64,000 nucleotides of DNA from a virus (IMGVR_UViG_3300047557_002467:1-64000); one strand, 5' to 3'. Positions 46,901 through 58,900 are shown, numbered from the stretch's first letter. Translations and numbers: made by a program. Notes: a model not told the origin generated them from the letters alone.

Positions 46901-49900
46901 ACGTTTGCACAGAGAGTAGCATATCCTAACGCTGTGTTATTAGACCCTGATCGATTTAATCTTAATGCGTTTGCACCAACTGCTGTGTTAAAAGAGGTTG
47001 TTGTGTTAGAATAAAGTGAATTAACTCCTATAGCAACATTGTTAATACCGCTAACATTATTTTGCAATGCCAAAGAACCTACAGCGGTATTACATGTACC
47101 TACTGTATTTTGTTGTAAAGCACTCCTACCTACGGCTGTATTAAATGTACCTATAGTATTAAAAGTAAGTGTAGATCCACCTACTGCAGTGTTACAATTT
47201 CCAGTAGTATTAAATTGAAGTGAATTTGCTCCTACTGAAGTATTAGAAAAACCTATAGTATTACTAGCTAATGAACACCTACCTACAGATGTATTATATG
47301 CACCTGTTGTATTACTTTGAAGTGCTCTTGTACCTATAGCAGTGTTGCTATTACCTGTCCCATTTTGAAATAATGCTCTATAACCAACTGCTACGTTTGC
47401 ATTTGAAGTAGTTGAAGCGAAGTTAGAATTAAAAAGTGCGCAACGACCTATAGCTACTTGTCCTATACCTGTAGTGTTTTGATATAGAGCTGATACCCCG
47501 ATTGCTATGTTATAATTACCGGTTGTATTACTTTGTAATGATCTCTGTCCTAGTGCTGTGTTATAACTACCGTACGTGTTACTTACTAATACACTGTAAC
47601 CTAAAGCTACGTTACCGCAACCGAGAGTGTTAGCACATAGTGTGTTGACTCCTACCGCTACGTTACACAAACCGGCTGTATTATTCCTTAAAGCACTACT
47701 ACCTACTGCTACATTCTTGTAACCTAATTGATTTTGATTTAATGAATAAACTCCTACCGCCGTATTATATTGACCTCCTGTATTTTGATATAAAGTACCA
47801 AATCCAACGGCTGTGTTACTAAAGCCGTATGTATTATTTTGTAAAGCATTTATACCAATTGATACGTTTGAAATTATATTACCGCCGCCTTTACCTATAG
47901 TCAATCCGTTTATTGACGCATCATTAACACTACTTAGATCAGTCACAATCGCACTTGAACCAGATACGTAGGAAGCAGATTCAGCATTCAAAATGAATGA
48001 AGCAGTTGATGCGTTTATTGCCCAACTCGCTGTGCCTAACAAAGATCCTGTTACTCCTCCTAATGCAGTCAAGCTTCCGCTGACTGTAAACGATCCTGTT
48101 ACAAGTTCTGTTGAAGCTGTTACTACTTGAGCAACAAGTGTTTGTACTGTTAGTGTACCTGTAAATAATGCGTTGCTACCTGTGTAAGAATCTGCAAATA
48201 CATTGCCATTGACGTGAAGCGATGCTGAAATTGGATCTAGAGTGTTAACACCAATGTTACCTGTTGACCCTGTAGCAAATAAACGAATGTTACCTGCACC
48301 GTCTGATAAGATTATGTTGCAGTTTGAGGCTGCAATTATTGATCCTGTATTACCTCCAATTACGACGTTATTTGCACCAGTTGTTATTGAACAACCTGAG
48401 TTGTTTCCTAATGATGTGTTTGAAGCTCCTGTCGTATTAGCTCTTAATGCACAATTTCCTACTGCTGTATTATTTGATGTTGTATTATATCTTAAAGAAT
48501 CAAAACCTATGGCTACATTATTACCGCCTGCAGTATTGCACATACCAGCATTTCTTCCTAATGTTGTATTATTTGAACCGCCTGAGTTGAAAGCAGATGC
48601 ATATACACCAACTGCAGTATTACTGTTGCCATTTACATTATTTCTCAATGAATACAATCCTACAGCTACGTTTGAAGCACCGGTAGTATTCAATCTTAGT
48701 GAACGAGTTCCTACAGCTGTATTATTAAGTCCTGATGTATTGTATCTTAGGGAATCACATCCTATAGCTACATTACTACTACCTACTACGTTGTTTCTTA
48801 GAGCGTTGAAACCCAATGCTGTATTATTACTTCCTGACAGATTAGCACAAAGTGCTGCATAACCTAATGCTGTGTTGTTCGATCCTGACTGCGCTAATCT
48901 CAATGCATTAAAACCTACTGCAGTATTACCTGAAGTGGTTAGATTACAAAGTAAGGCATTTGTACCTAATGCTATATTACAAGTACCTGTTGTGTTATTT
49001 CTTAAAGCTTGATAACCTACTGCAATATTGTCGGATGTTGTGTTTAAAAATAAAGCTGCTGCACCTATAGCTATATTCCTACACCCTGTGGTATTACATT
49101 TTAGTGCTTGTTCACCTATAGAAACGTTGTTATTGCCGAAGGTATTAGCATACATATTACCATAACCTATTGCAATATTGTTTTGCCCTGTTGTATTAAA
49201 ATATAGGGAATTTGCACCAATAGCTACGTTTCTAATACCTGTTGTGTTTCTTCTCAATGCAGAAATACCAACTGCTATGTTGAGTGTGCCAACTGTATTT
49301 GCTGTTAATGCACGGTATCCTACAGCCGTATTACTTGCACCAGTAGTATTTGTTCTTAATGCACAGAAGCCTACTGCTGTGTTACTACTTCCTATAGTAT
49401 TCAATCTTAATGCATCAAAACCTAACGCAGTATTACTACTTCCTGATACATTTGCACAGAGCGCTGAATAACCTAATGCTGTGTTGAGTGAACCGGATTG
49501 ATTTGCATATAATGCATTTACACCAACTGCTGTATTAAAGGATGTTGTAAGATTGCATAAAAGTGCATTAAACCCAACTGCAACATTAGTTGTACCCGTA
49601 GTGTTATTTCTTAATGCATTTGATCCTACAGCAGTGTTATTATTTGCTGTATTTCTATATAAAGAAAAAACACCGACTGCAACATTACCTGAAGCTGTAT
49701 TACATCTTAAAGAATAGTTACCAATAGCTACGTTATTGACTCCTACTGTATTTGCTTGTAAAGTAAATGTACCTAGAGCTGTATTAAGATTACCTGTTGT
49801 ATTACTTCTTAATGAACAAAAACCTACTGCTGTATTGTTTGAAGCTGTGTTTGCGTATAACGCTTGGTGACCTATTGCTACGTTACTAATACCACCAATA

Positions 49901-52743
49901 TTACATCTTAAAGTATTTTGTCCAATAGCTATATTAGTACAACCAGTAGTATTATTTCTCAAAGCATAAGTACCAATAGCTATGTTACTAAAGCCAGTAG
50001 TATTAGCTCTTAGAGCAGAACAACCTATTGCTGTGTTCTCTCTACCTATCGTATTTGCACAAAGAGAATTATACCCTACGGATATATTTGTATCTCCTGT
50101 TGTATTAGAGATTAGTGAATTATTTCCTATAGCCACATTGTTTGCACCTGTGGTATTTGTTCTAAGTGAGTTAGCACCTATTGCAGTGTTGTTTAATCCT
50201 ATAGTGTTACTTCTTAATGCACAAAAGCCTATTGCTGTATTATCTGATACTGTGTTTGCATATAGGGATAGATATCCAAGAGCTGTATTATTAACACCTC
50301 CTACATTACATCTCAAACTTGCGTGACCTACAGCTACATTTCTTGCACCGGTTGTGTTAGCTCTTAAAGATACTGAACCAACGGATGTGTTGTAAGCACC
50401 TGTAGTATTTGCTAGTAAAACTTGGCTACCTATAGCTGTGTTTCTAGCTCCTGTGTTAGAAAACAATGTTTGAGAACCTAAAGCTGTATTGTAACCACCT
50501 GCTAGGTTTGAACTTAGTGAACAGAAGCCTACCGCTGTGTTATATAGACCTGTCCTATTAGATCTAAGTGCACAATATCCTACTGCTGTAGCACCAGAAA
50601 TCGTATGACACGTAAGTGCAAACATACCGATAGCGGTATTGTTATTACCTGTAACGTTTTGTTCTAATGCGTTTACACCGAGTGCTGTGTTTTGAATACC
50701 TGTTGTGTTAAATCTAGCACTATATCTACCTACAGCAGTATTTGCAAAACCAGTAGTATTTGCTCTTAGAGTACAGAAACCTACTGCTGTATTGTTATTG
50801 CCAGATGTATTATACCTCAACGTATCAAAACCAAGTGCAGTATTGTTACTACCTGATACATTTGAACAAAGTGCTGCATAGCCTAATGCAGTGTTAAGTG
50901 ATCCCGATTCATTTAGCCTTAATGCGTTTACACCGACTGCTGTGTTACATGATGCTGTTTGGTTAACAAATAGTGCTGAGTTGCCAATAGCAACGTTGTT
51001 TATACCTGATCTATTTTGATACAAAGCACCTCCACCTACCGCAGTATTGCATATACCTGTGATGTTACATCTTAAAGCACTCGTACCTATTGCAGTGTTA
51101 TTTATACCCGTAGTGTTTGCAACCATCGAACAAGCACCAATCGATACGTTTATTGTTCCTGTTGTATTAGAACATAAAGCAGCTTGACCTATTGCAATAT
51201 TAAAGACACCGGTTGTATTATTTCTAAGAGTTTCACTACCTATTGCAACATTACAGACTCCTATAGTATTTAGTAGAAGCGAGTTAAGACCAATAGCTAT
51301 ATTTGCACAACCACTTACATTACACAAAAGTGCATTTTGACCAACTGCTACGTTGTTACTACCAACAGTATTAAAACATAATGCACTAACACCAACAGCT
51401 GTATTACTACTTCCGCCTGTATTACATCTTACACTATTTATTCCAATCGCTATGTTGCTGTTACCCGATACGTTGTAACGTAGAGTGTTAAGACCTAAAC
51501 CAATATTTGAACTTCCTGATACGTTTGCAGCAAGGGAATAAACACCTATACCTATGTTATATTCTCCAATACAATTAAGTCCTAAAGCGAATTGACCTAT
51601 TGCAATATTATTATTTCTTACTGTATTACAGCACAAAGCAAATCCACCTAATGCAATATTTCTACAACCTGATGAATTGAATCTTAAGGCTTGATTACCA
51701 AAGGCCATGTTGTGTTGACCGTTATTTAAACACAATGCCAAATAACCCATACCTACGTTATCTGCACCTCCACTTCCTGCTGCTACATTAGTCTGAAAGC
51801 CTATAAATACATTTCTACCACCTCCTGTACTAGATAGTGAAGTTCTGTGACCTATTGCAACGTTACCACAACCTGTAGTATTGTTTGCTAAGGTTTGATA
51901 ACCCATAGCTACGTTACAAGCACCTGTATTAGTGGCTGCCATTGAACCTCTACCAATAGCATGATTGAAGCTAGCTACTGTATTAGCTCTTAATGCTGTA
52001 TATCCTAACGCTATGTTATTACTACCTGAAATGTTTGCACAGAGTGCTTGATTACCGATTGCAACGTTTAAAGAACCAGATTGGTTAAAATATAGCGCGT
52101 TAACACCTACCGCTACGTTATTTGAATTTGTTGTGTTTAACCTTAAAGCATTAGCACCAATAGCTATATTACTCGAACCTGCTGTATTGGTTCTCATAGC
52201 CAGGCTGCCAATGGCTACGTTATTGTTTCCGGTATTTTGACACAACGGTAGGTAACCTAGAGCTACGTTATTACCACCTCCAGCTGAAAATAGCATTGAG
52301 TCCTTTCCTATAGCAATATTGTTAGCGCCTGTTACATTTAAAAGTAGTGGTCTATATCCTAAAGCTACGTTACCGCAACCTGTTGTGTTAGAAGTTAAAG
52401 CTGAACGACCTACTGCAGTGTTTTGAATACCTGTCGTATTAGATGCTAAAGCAGATGAACCAATTGCTGTATTTGTAATAATAGTACCACCACCTCTACC
52501 AACCGTAAGTCCGTTTATAGATGCATCGTTGATGCTTGTTAAATTAGTTACAATAGCACTTGATCCTGATACATAAGAAGCAGAAATCGCATTGAGAACG
52601 AAAGAAGCTGTCTGAGCATTTAGAGCCCAACTTGCGGTACCAAATAATGAGCCGGTTATACCATTAGTTACGGTTAGAGAGCCGGAAACGATAGAATTAT
52701 TCTGGGCTATTAATCCCAGCCTTGCTACAAATTCATTAGCCAT
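43984..52743 (-). CDS. Giant tail fibre (2919 aa): two tandem NTAVG-repeat bodies plus Peptidase S74 chaperone
   Basis: NTAVG repeats; SSKRYK...GLIAEEVKEVLPEVV...YTKLVPILVKAIQE. Confidence 0.88.
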   Translation of the reverse strand: MANEFVARLGLIAQNNSIVSGSLTVTNGITGSLFGTASWALNAQTASFVLNAISASYVSGSSAIVTNLTSINDASINGLTVGRGGGTIITNTAIGSSALASNTTGIQNTAVGRSALTSNTTGCGNVALGYRPLLLNVTGANNIAIGKDSMLFSAGGGNNVALGYLPLCQNTGNNNVAIGSLAMRTNTAGSSNIAIGANALRLNTTNSNNVAVGVNALYFNQSGSLNVAIGNQALCANISGSNNIALGYTALRANTVASFNHAIGRGSMAATNTGACNVAMGYQTLANNTTGCGNVAIGHRTSLSSTGGGRNVFIGFQTNVAAGSGGADNVGMGYLALCLNNGQHNMAFGNQALRFNSSGCRNIALGGFALCCNTVRNNNIAIGQFALGLNCIGEYNIGIGVYSLAANVSGSSNIGLGLNTLRYNVSGNSNIAIGINSVRCNTGGSSNTAVGVSALCFNTVGSNNVAVGQNALLCNVSGCANIAIGLNSLLLNTIGVCNVAIGSETLRNNTTGVFNIAIGQAALCSNTTGTINVSIGACSMVANTTGINNTAIGTSALRCNITGICNTAVGGGALYQNRSGINNVAIGNSALFVNQTASCNTAVGVNALRLNESGSLNTALGYAALCSNVSGSNNTALGFDTLRYNTSGNNNTAVGFCTLRANTTGFANTAVGRYSARFNTTGIQNTALGVNALEQNVTGNNNTAIGMFALTCHTISGATAVGYCALRSNRTGLYNTAVGFCSLSSNLAGGYNTALGSQTLFSNTGARNTAIGSQVLLANTTGAYNTSVGSVSLRANTTGARNVAVGHASLRCNVGGVNNTALGYLSLYANTVSDNTAIGFCALRSNTIGLNNTAIGANSLRTNTTGANNVAIGNNSLISNTTGDTNISVGYNSLCANTIGRENTAIGCSALRANTTGFSNIAIGTYALRNNTTGCTNIAIGQNTLRCNIGGISNVAIGHQALYANTASNNTAVGFCSLRSNTTGNLNTALGTFTLQANTVGVNNVAIGNYSLRCNTASGNVAVGVFSLYRNTANNNTAVGSNALRNNTTGTTNVAVGFNALLCNLTTSFNTAVGVNALYANQSGSLNTALGYSALCANVSGSSNTALGFDALRLNTIGSSNTAVGFCALRTNTTGASNTAVGYRALTANTVGTLNIAVGISALRRNTTGIRNVAIGANSLYFNTTGQNNIAIGYGNMYANTFGNNNVSIGEQALKCNTTGCRNIAIGAAALFLNTTSDNIAVGYQALRNNTTGTCNIALGTNALLCNLTTSGNTAVGFNALRLAQSGSNNTALGYAALCANLSGSNNTALGFNALRNNVVGSSNVAIGCDSLRYNTSGLNNTAVGTRSLRLNTTGASNVAVGLYSLRNNVNGNSNTAVGVYASAFNSGGSNNTTLGRNAGMCNTAGGNNVAIGFDSLRYNTTSNNTAVGNCALRANTTGASNTSLGNNSGCSITTGANNVVIGGNTGSIIAASNCNIILSDGAGNIRLFATGSTGNIGVNTLDPISASLHVNGNVFADSYTGSNALFTGTLTVQTLVAQVVTASTELVTGSFTVSGSLTALGGVTGSLLGTASWAINASTASFILNAESASYVSGSSAIVTDLSSVNDASINGLTIGKGGGNIISNVSIGINALQNNTYGFSNTAVGFGTLYQNTGGQYNTAVGVYSLNQNQLGYKNVAVGSSALRNNTAGLCNVAVGVNTLCANTLGCGNVALGYSVLVSNTYGSYNTALGQRSLQSNTTGNYNIAIGVSALYQNTTGIGQVAIGRCALFNSNFASTTSNANVAVGYRALFQNGTGNSNTAIGTRALQSNTTGAYNTSVGRCSLASNTIGFSNTSVGANSLQFNTTGNCNTAVGGSTLTFNTIGTFNTAVGRSALQQNTVGTCNTAVGSLALQNNVSGINNVAIGVNSLYSNTTTSFNTAVGANALRLNRSGSNNTALGYATLCANVSGSNNTALGFVALAGNTSGTDNVAIGLCSLRLNTIGSFNVAVGACSLVGNTTGQENVAVGSGALRYNSTGCRNVAVGQNAGFRLRSNNQVAVGYGALRYNQTGIQNTAVGHLSLRVNEASSNTALGFSTLVANTTGTTNTAVGDSALTSNTVGSNNVAVGQLALACNQTGGNNTAFGTQTLRNNTASSNSAFGDFAMTANTIGSINTAVGRFALRYNTTGNCNTAVGDSALITNTVGQQNTAIGVFALRENVASFNTAVGAQALRTNTAGSNLTAVGWQSLYRNVTGANNVAVGNEALRLNTCGSGNIAVGPFALTSNLTGNNNTSVGLSSLRENTIGNYNTAVGGNTLRFNTTGNFNTAIGMSALCSNTTGYCNTAIGNVALTCNTVGLNNVAIGSSALQSNVAGSSNTAIGQQALRYNTTSNNTAVGFCALRSNTTGTENTAVGRLAGRDNTIGTCNVSIGSLALRANNEGSNNVAVGRAALYNNTSGGSNLAIGTSALFTNVSGSSNIAIGQSALTTNTTSNNVAVGISALQNNTIGTYNTAIGNNALLCNTTGNHNAALGRIALSSNTTGGCNTALGSRTLALNTTGVNNVAVGYNALVNNTVGSNNTAVGVSSLVAATTGVNNVAVGLCAGNGLTGGSYNVALGTLALRSNVTGIRNVAIGFTSMTTGTAGSCSVGVGFRTLYSNSGNNNTAVGNGAMAGNTTGTNSVGVGVDALCNNTIGRYNTAVGGCALRANTTGEQNTAVGHGALFVNTTGINNVAVGKNALVCNTGGTYNTAVGSNTLFNITTGIRNTGLGVNSGCSITTGACNVVIGANSGSLIATQNCNIIVSDGAGNIRMFTTGSTGFTGFGTTVPGFQVDINGTMRAVCVIETSSKRYKSSITNLPSQLTVVGKLRPVSFYWINPAQGNDLQFGLIAEEVKEVLPEVVTMNGNDEPEGISYTKLVPILVKAIQELSQEISVLKSKVK

Positions 52744-52800
52744 TACTTAGTACCTCAGATCACTATCCCTAAGGTGCGGGTTTTATTACTAATAAATAGT

Positions 52801-52977
52801 TTAGATTGCCATAACTCTATACTTTCTTCCTGTAGGATCTTCTGCTTGAAGTTCGTCAGCTTTTGCTTGAGCCTCAGGTTCGTTATCGTACTGGTAGATT
52901 GGATCTGTGGGAGTTAAATGTGCTACCCAAATTGAATCTGAACCTGGAATAAATTGCATTTGTACTTGATATATCAT
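52801..52977 (-). CDS. Small 58-aa protein (MIYQVQMQFIPGSDSIWVAHLTPTDPIYQYDNEPEAQAKADELQAEDPTGRKYRVMAI)
   Basis: Hand-translated, not in the ORF track. Fills the gap between two fibre genes; TATTTAT upstream at 52991-52997. Confidence 0.75.
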   Translation of the reverse strand: MIYQVQMQFIPGSDSIWVAHLTPTDPIYQYDNEPEAQAKADELQAEDPTGRKYRVMAI

Positions 52978-52988
52978 ATTACTTTATT

Positions 52989-55900
52989 TTATAAATAAGT
53001 TGCTAGAGCTTTTATGTTCCAACCACTTGTGTTTGTTATTATGTTGAATTGTGCTTCAGCAGATGCGATGACAACTGATGCTGTAACAACAAGCGTGCTC
53101 CCAAGATCAACTGTTGAGAAATCTGTAAATTCTACATTCCCACCGTTCCATACTGCCATAACTTCACCTGTTCTTGCGTTGGTACCGTTTGTTACTGTGT
53201 ATTTGTAGAATCCTGCTGTGAAAGATCCTGTTGGTTGAGTAAACAAATTGTTTGTACCTGCGATGGATGAAATTACGGTAGCAGAATCGTTTAAACTACC
53301 ATTAAATCTATAAGTATTTGTTATTACAAAGTTACTACCGCTTGATGCATTTATTGCATAAGATGAACTTAAAGCGTAAGATGAAGATACTGATATACTT
53401 CCTGATGCAGCAAAGCTTGCAGTTGTTGCAAATGATGCACTTAATGCTTGAGTAGCATAAGAAGCAGTACCAAATAAACTTCCTGTTAAGTTATTTGCTG
53501 TTACTGGTCCGTTAAATGTGCTAGGTCCGTTTACAGTCAAGCTTCCCGTAATACTTACAGATCCTGTTAAAATCTGTCTGTTAGCTAGATCATTTCCAAA
53601 AATGTTAGAACCAGAAGAATATACAATGGAAGAAGTAACAGTTTGTACTACTAACGTTTGCGCTGTCAACGTACCTGTTACAACAGCGTTGCTTGATGTT
53701 AAGTTTTGTCTAACTAGGAAGTTATCTGCGCTAGAAGCTGTTGCAGCAAACGATGCTGATATTGCGTTTAGTACAAAAGATGCTGTTTGTGCATTTTGTG
53801 CCCAAGATGCAGTACCGAATAAAGACCCAGTAATTATTGGTGCATTTAATGATCCTGTTACCTGCAGACCTTGTGTATACCTACCTGAGCCTGATACATC
53901 TAAATTGAATATCGGTAATTCTTGATTAACACCAATAAACCCAGATCCTGATACTCTTAGTATATTATTGAATGATGGTGAATCGATTCTAAATAAAACT
54001 GAGTTATTTGTTGAACCTGAAATATGAACTTTAGCTGATGCTGCTATTGCAAAACTTGGACCAAACATCCAACCGGTAGAATTGGTAACTACTGGACCAT
54101 CACTTAGTCCGGTTAGGTAGGGTGTTTGTACTAAGTCATTGAATTGAGCTGTGCCATTATTTCTTAATTGGATAACTGTAGATCCTCCAGGAGTTCTGAT
54201 TTCCAATGCATTAGCTTGAGCTGATGCACTTGATTGTAATATTACAGAAGCACTTAGATTTGTAAGTCTGCCATATAATTCTACATTCTGAAATAGTGGG
54301 TTAACAGAAGATGCTGTTAATGCAAAAGAAGCACTAACTGCATTCAATACAAATGAAGCAGTTGTAGCTTGACTTGAACTAATTGCAAAGCTAGATGTTA
54401 TTGAATTAGAGCTTGATAATGCATAAGAAGAACTTACTGCTTGACTAGATGATACAGTAAACGATGAGCTTACTGCTTGACTAGCAGACACTGCAAAAGA
54501 AGAACTCAAGGCTTGTACTGCATACGATGCTGTACCTAACAATGAACTTGTAATGCTTGTTGCTCTTAGACTACCACTTATATTTAATGAACCTGTTACA
54601 GTATGAAAGTCTGTTATTACACTACCTATATCTACTCCTGTCTGTCTTACTTCAAACTCTCTTAAGCTACCTGTTACTACTATAAAAGATCCTGTAACTG
54701 TTAGATTGTTTGTTATTTTAGCTGAACCTGATACTTGTAAGTTTTCACCTGAGTCAACAAAAGTTCCTCCTGTTTGAATACCTACCCTTCCAGTACCGTA
54801 AATTTTAACTGTATTTATGTTGTTTGCACCTAAAATTAAAGAACCAGTGTCTAAATTACGTGCATTTAGTATAATCCTAGAACCTATGTTAATATTGTCT
54901 CCAATAATTGTAAAAGTACCGTTGTTTTGATTACTTATTAGCTGAGTTGGAGTAACTAGTAGTCCTGCACCTACAGTTGTTGATGTATTAGATCCTATGT
55001 ATACTGAGTTTGGAGCTCCGTTTGCAGTTTGAAATAGACTTTCTCCATAAACATTAAAAGATCTAGGTGTTGCATTAAAGATAAACGGAACACCTACATT
55101 TACTTGACCGCTGCCACTAATAGAAAATATACTAGAAGAAATTGGAGAACCAGCCAATAGTAAATTGCTGTTACTTGAACCTGATATTTGTACTGTGGCT
55201 GTTGGAGCTACGACATTTAATCCTAACCTACTATTAGTTGCATCCCAGAATAAGTTGTTTGAACCTGTTTGTGTATTTGCTCCAGTCCAATAAGTAACTT
55301 GACCAGATGCACCTGTACCTGTAGGGATTGGTACATTATTCAGACTTAAACTACCTGTAATACTAACAGAACCAGTAAACTGATGTGTGTTAGACAACAA
55401 ACTTCCAAACCTAGTTGAACCAGTTACAAAATCTGTAGAAGATGTAATAGTTTGCGCTACTATTGTTTGAACAGTGAGTGTGTTGTTTATTAATGCATTA
55501 CTTGCAGTCAAGTTACTTCTAACTAAAAAGTCGTCTGCACTTGATGCTGTTGCTGCGAAAGAAGAACTTATAGCAAATAGAGCATGTGAAGATGTCTGAG
55601 CATTTGAGCTGCTCAAAGCATAACTAGCTGATATTGAAAAAGATGCAGAAGTAGCTGTGCTTGCATTACCAACTAATGATGCACTAATAATAGAAGTGTT
55701 AATCCACTTTCCTGCCGTAGTACTGTATGCAAAAGGTTGTAAGTTTGTAGGTCCCGATATTGATACATCAGACAAACCTGCTAAAGTCTGTGTTATAACA
55801 GAACCACCACCTCCTGATCCTCCTACTTGCCTAAATAAACCTCCTGGTAAAATTGTGAAGTCGTTAGCAGAAGTAAAAACTCCTGTACCGTTTATGACGA

Positions 55901-58900
55901 TAGCACCTAAATAAACTGCATTTGCTGCTGTATTAGGAGCTTCTACAAAAGATTCGATGTTTAAGTTTGCAATAGCATCTGCTTCAGTAGTGTATATGTT
56001 ATTACCGTAATAAACAATAATTGCTTTAGCTACACTATTAGGGAACCAGAATACCCTCTGTATCGACCAGTTACCGGCTCCTACATTAGTTAGAGTACCG
56101 TTATTAGAATAATTTTGAGGATCAATTGCTCCAAATCCAGCACCTGCATTTGTTAAATATACCCAGCTAGATCCTGATTGATAATATCTATATATTTTAG
56201 AGGTCTGGGTTCCGGGGTCGATAGCATAGGATGGATTGTTTGGATCTATAGTGTAGTTAGATCCTGGAGCATAAGCTGTACCGCTTCCTACCACTAAGCT
56301 ACCTGTAGAAGATCCACTAGGTGCTAATGTAAAACCGGATAGTTTTAACGGTCCGAATGCTCTATTAAATATATTTTGCGATTGCTCAAAACCGTATGCT
56401 ACTGAAGGCTGTGTTTTAACAGCATTTATTGTAGATCCGTTTTGAAACAGTACAACACCTACATTAATTACTGTATCGAATTGACCGTCGCTATACGGTG
56501 TACCTTGCTGAAAAATGTTACCGGTTGAATCAATTGATACAAAAGCTTGTTGATAGGAGGCAGTAAGAGGTGCAATACTAGCTGTTAAATTACCCCAGTT
56601 TAAATATTGGATTGTTGGGTACGGGTTATCGTTTAAGCTTGCGTTTAGATTAACAATAATACCACTACCGCTTGATACGTTGTATACAGTGGAAGATTGA
56701 GTAGTAATTAAACCTCCATTCAATAGACCCGTATAGAGGTTACCTTCTAACCAGCGTAGACGAGTTGTATTATTATAGCCTTTAGAATTTTGTGTAAAGT
56801 ATAAGTCTTGTGTAGAACCGCTTACGTAAATGTAAGATGCAGATATTGAGTTATTAATGTTCGTTGTTACAGGTTCAAATTGAATATAACCGTTAATAGT
56901 TTCACTACCTGATATATTTAATGCACCTGTTAGGAAAGTTGTACCTATTAGTGTATTAGAACCACTTGTAAATAAGCTACCTGTTACTGTTTGACTACCT
57001 ATGAATACGTTTGATCCAGTAGTAGCAAATACTCTAGATCCTGTACCGTCCAATAATCCTGCATTGAATGCAAAGGAAGCTGTTATTGAATTTGAGGAAC
57101 TTATTGCGTTTGAAGAACTAAAAGCATAAGAGCTTGATAAAGCATTAGATGCTGATATCGCATAAGATGCACTTAGTGCTGTTGGTGCGTGTGAAGCTGT
57201 TGTTGCATTTAAAGCCCAACTCGCAGTACCAAATAAACTACCTGTTAAGTTATTAGCTGTTACTCTACCGTTGAAAGTAGAAGCTCCGTTTACAGTTAAA
57301 CTGCCTGTTACACTTACTGAACCTGTAAACTGTTGTGTATTTGTTAGCTGATTGCCAAAAATGTTAGAACCAGAAGAGTAGACTATACTAGACGTTACAG
57401 TTTGTACAACTAAAGTCTGTGCTGTAAGTGTATTAGATATTAAAGCATTACTTGCTGTAAGGTTACCTCTTACAAAAAAGTCATCAGCACTTGATGCTGT
57501 TAATGCATGAGATGCAGTTAATGCATAAGATGCACTTATAGTATTAAGAGAGAAGCTTGATGTCTGAGAATAAGAAGCACTGAATGCATAAGAAGAACTT
57601 ACTGCATTACTGCTACTAACTGCAAAAGAAGATGATAGAGCATAAGAGCTACTTACAGAAACTGATGCACTCTGAGCATTGCTAGCTGATATAGCGTAAG
57701 AAGCGCTTATACTATTACTTCCACTTAAAGCATATGAAGAACTAACACTAACACTACTACTTAAAGCATAGGAAGAACTAACACTAACACTACTACTTAA
57801 AGCATACGAAGAACTAACGCTATTACTACTGCTTACAGCGTAAGAAGCTGATACTGCAAAAGAAGAGGTTAATGCTGAAGGTGCGTGCGATGCTGAGACT
57901 GCCCAAGATGAAGTACCAAATAGAGAGCCTGTTATACCACTGTTTACATTAAGAGACCCTGTTATACGTTGTGATCCGCTAATGTTGAAAGATCCTGATA
58001 AAATAAGGCCATCTGTATAGATCTGCCTTCCGTGTGTTATATTATCGTTCTGAGTTATGAAAGAATTCATAACACCAGACGAAACAATTAAAGCACTAGA
58101 GTTTGTTCCATTAAATGATACTCCTAACAATAGTCCATTACCATATGCGAACCCACTCCAGTCATTTAGTGCAGGTGTGATAGCTTCTTCCCACGTTATA
58201 CCATCAACAGAATAAATGAATCGGTTTTGTGATGTTGAGAAACATCCCGCTGCAATAAACACACCGCCCGCAAATATACATTTCCAAATTAATCCTGTCA
58301 ATGGAGTATCTCTTACGGTCCAATTTATTCCGTCAGGAGATGTCATTACTTTTCCTTGGTTACACGTAACAACAAATAATCCTTTACCGTAAGTGATATT
58401 ATAGGTTGTTAATGTACCTGCTGATGGTCTAGTAACATTGTTCCAACTTATACCGTCAGACGAAATTGCTATTGATCCAGAAACCGTTGATTCTGCTACT
58501 GCAACATACCTATCATTTGCGTAAGTAACACTTGTCCAAGGTAAATCCATTGTTGCAGGTGTTGATACACCTTGCCAGTTTACTCCATTGTAACTTATGT
58601 CAATTCTATTTAAAGAATTATCAATTTTAGTTACTACAAATTTATCTTTTCCGTAGGTTATACCATACCCTTGTCCACCCAAGCCAACTCCATTAAACCA
58701 ATTAATTCCATCATAGGAATAAAAGGATCTTTGATTTAGGTGTCCAACGGCAACAAATATGCCGTTTTGATAAGTTACATTTATAAGACTCGTTAGAGAT
58801 GGTAAAGTTCTAAAAGTCCAATTTACTCCATCAGGGGATGTTGCTATTGAACCTGTAGTTGAAACTGCAGCTCCAGATCTTTGTGCTGCAGCAACAAATA

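Noticed and set aside
35096-52743. Ice-binding or autotransporter interpretation of the NTAVG repeats
   Set aside because: C-terminal S74 chaperones and the tail-module context fit phage fibres. There is no signal peptide, beta-barrel anchor or regular TxT face.
57723-57818. CRISPR-like 36-bp repeats
   Set aside because: The repeats are directly tandem without spacers and in frame within a coding region; no cas genes are present.
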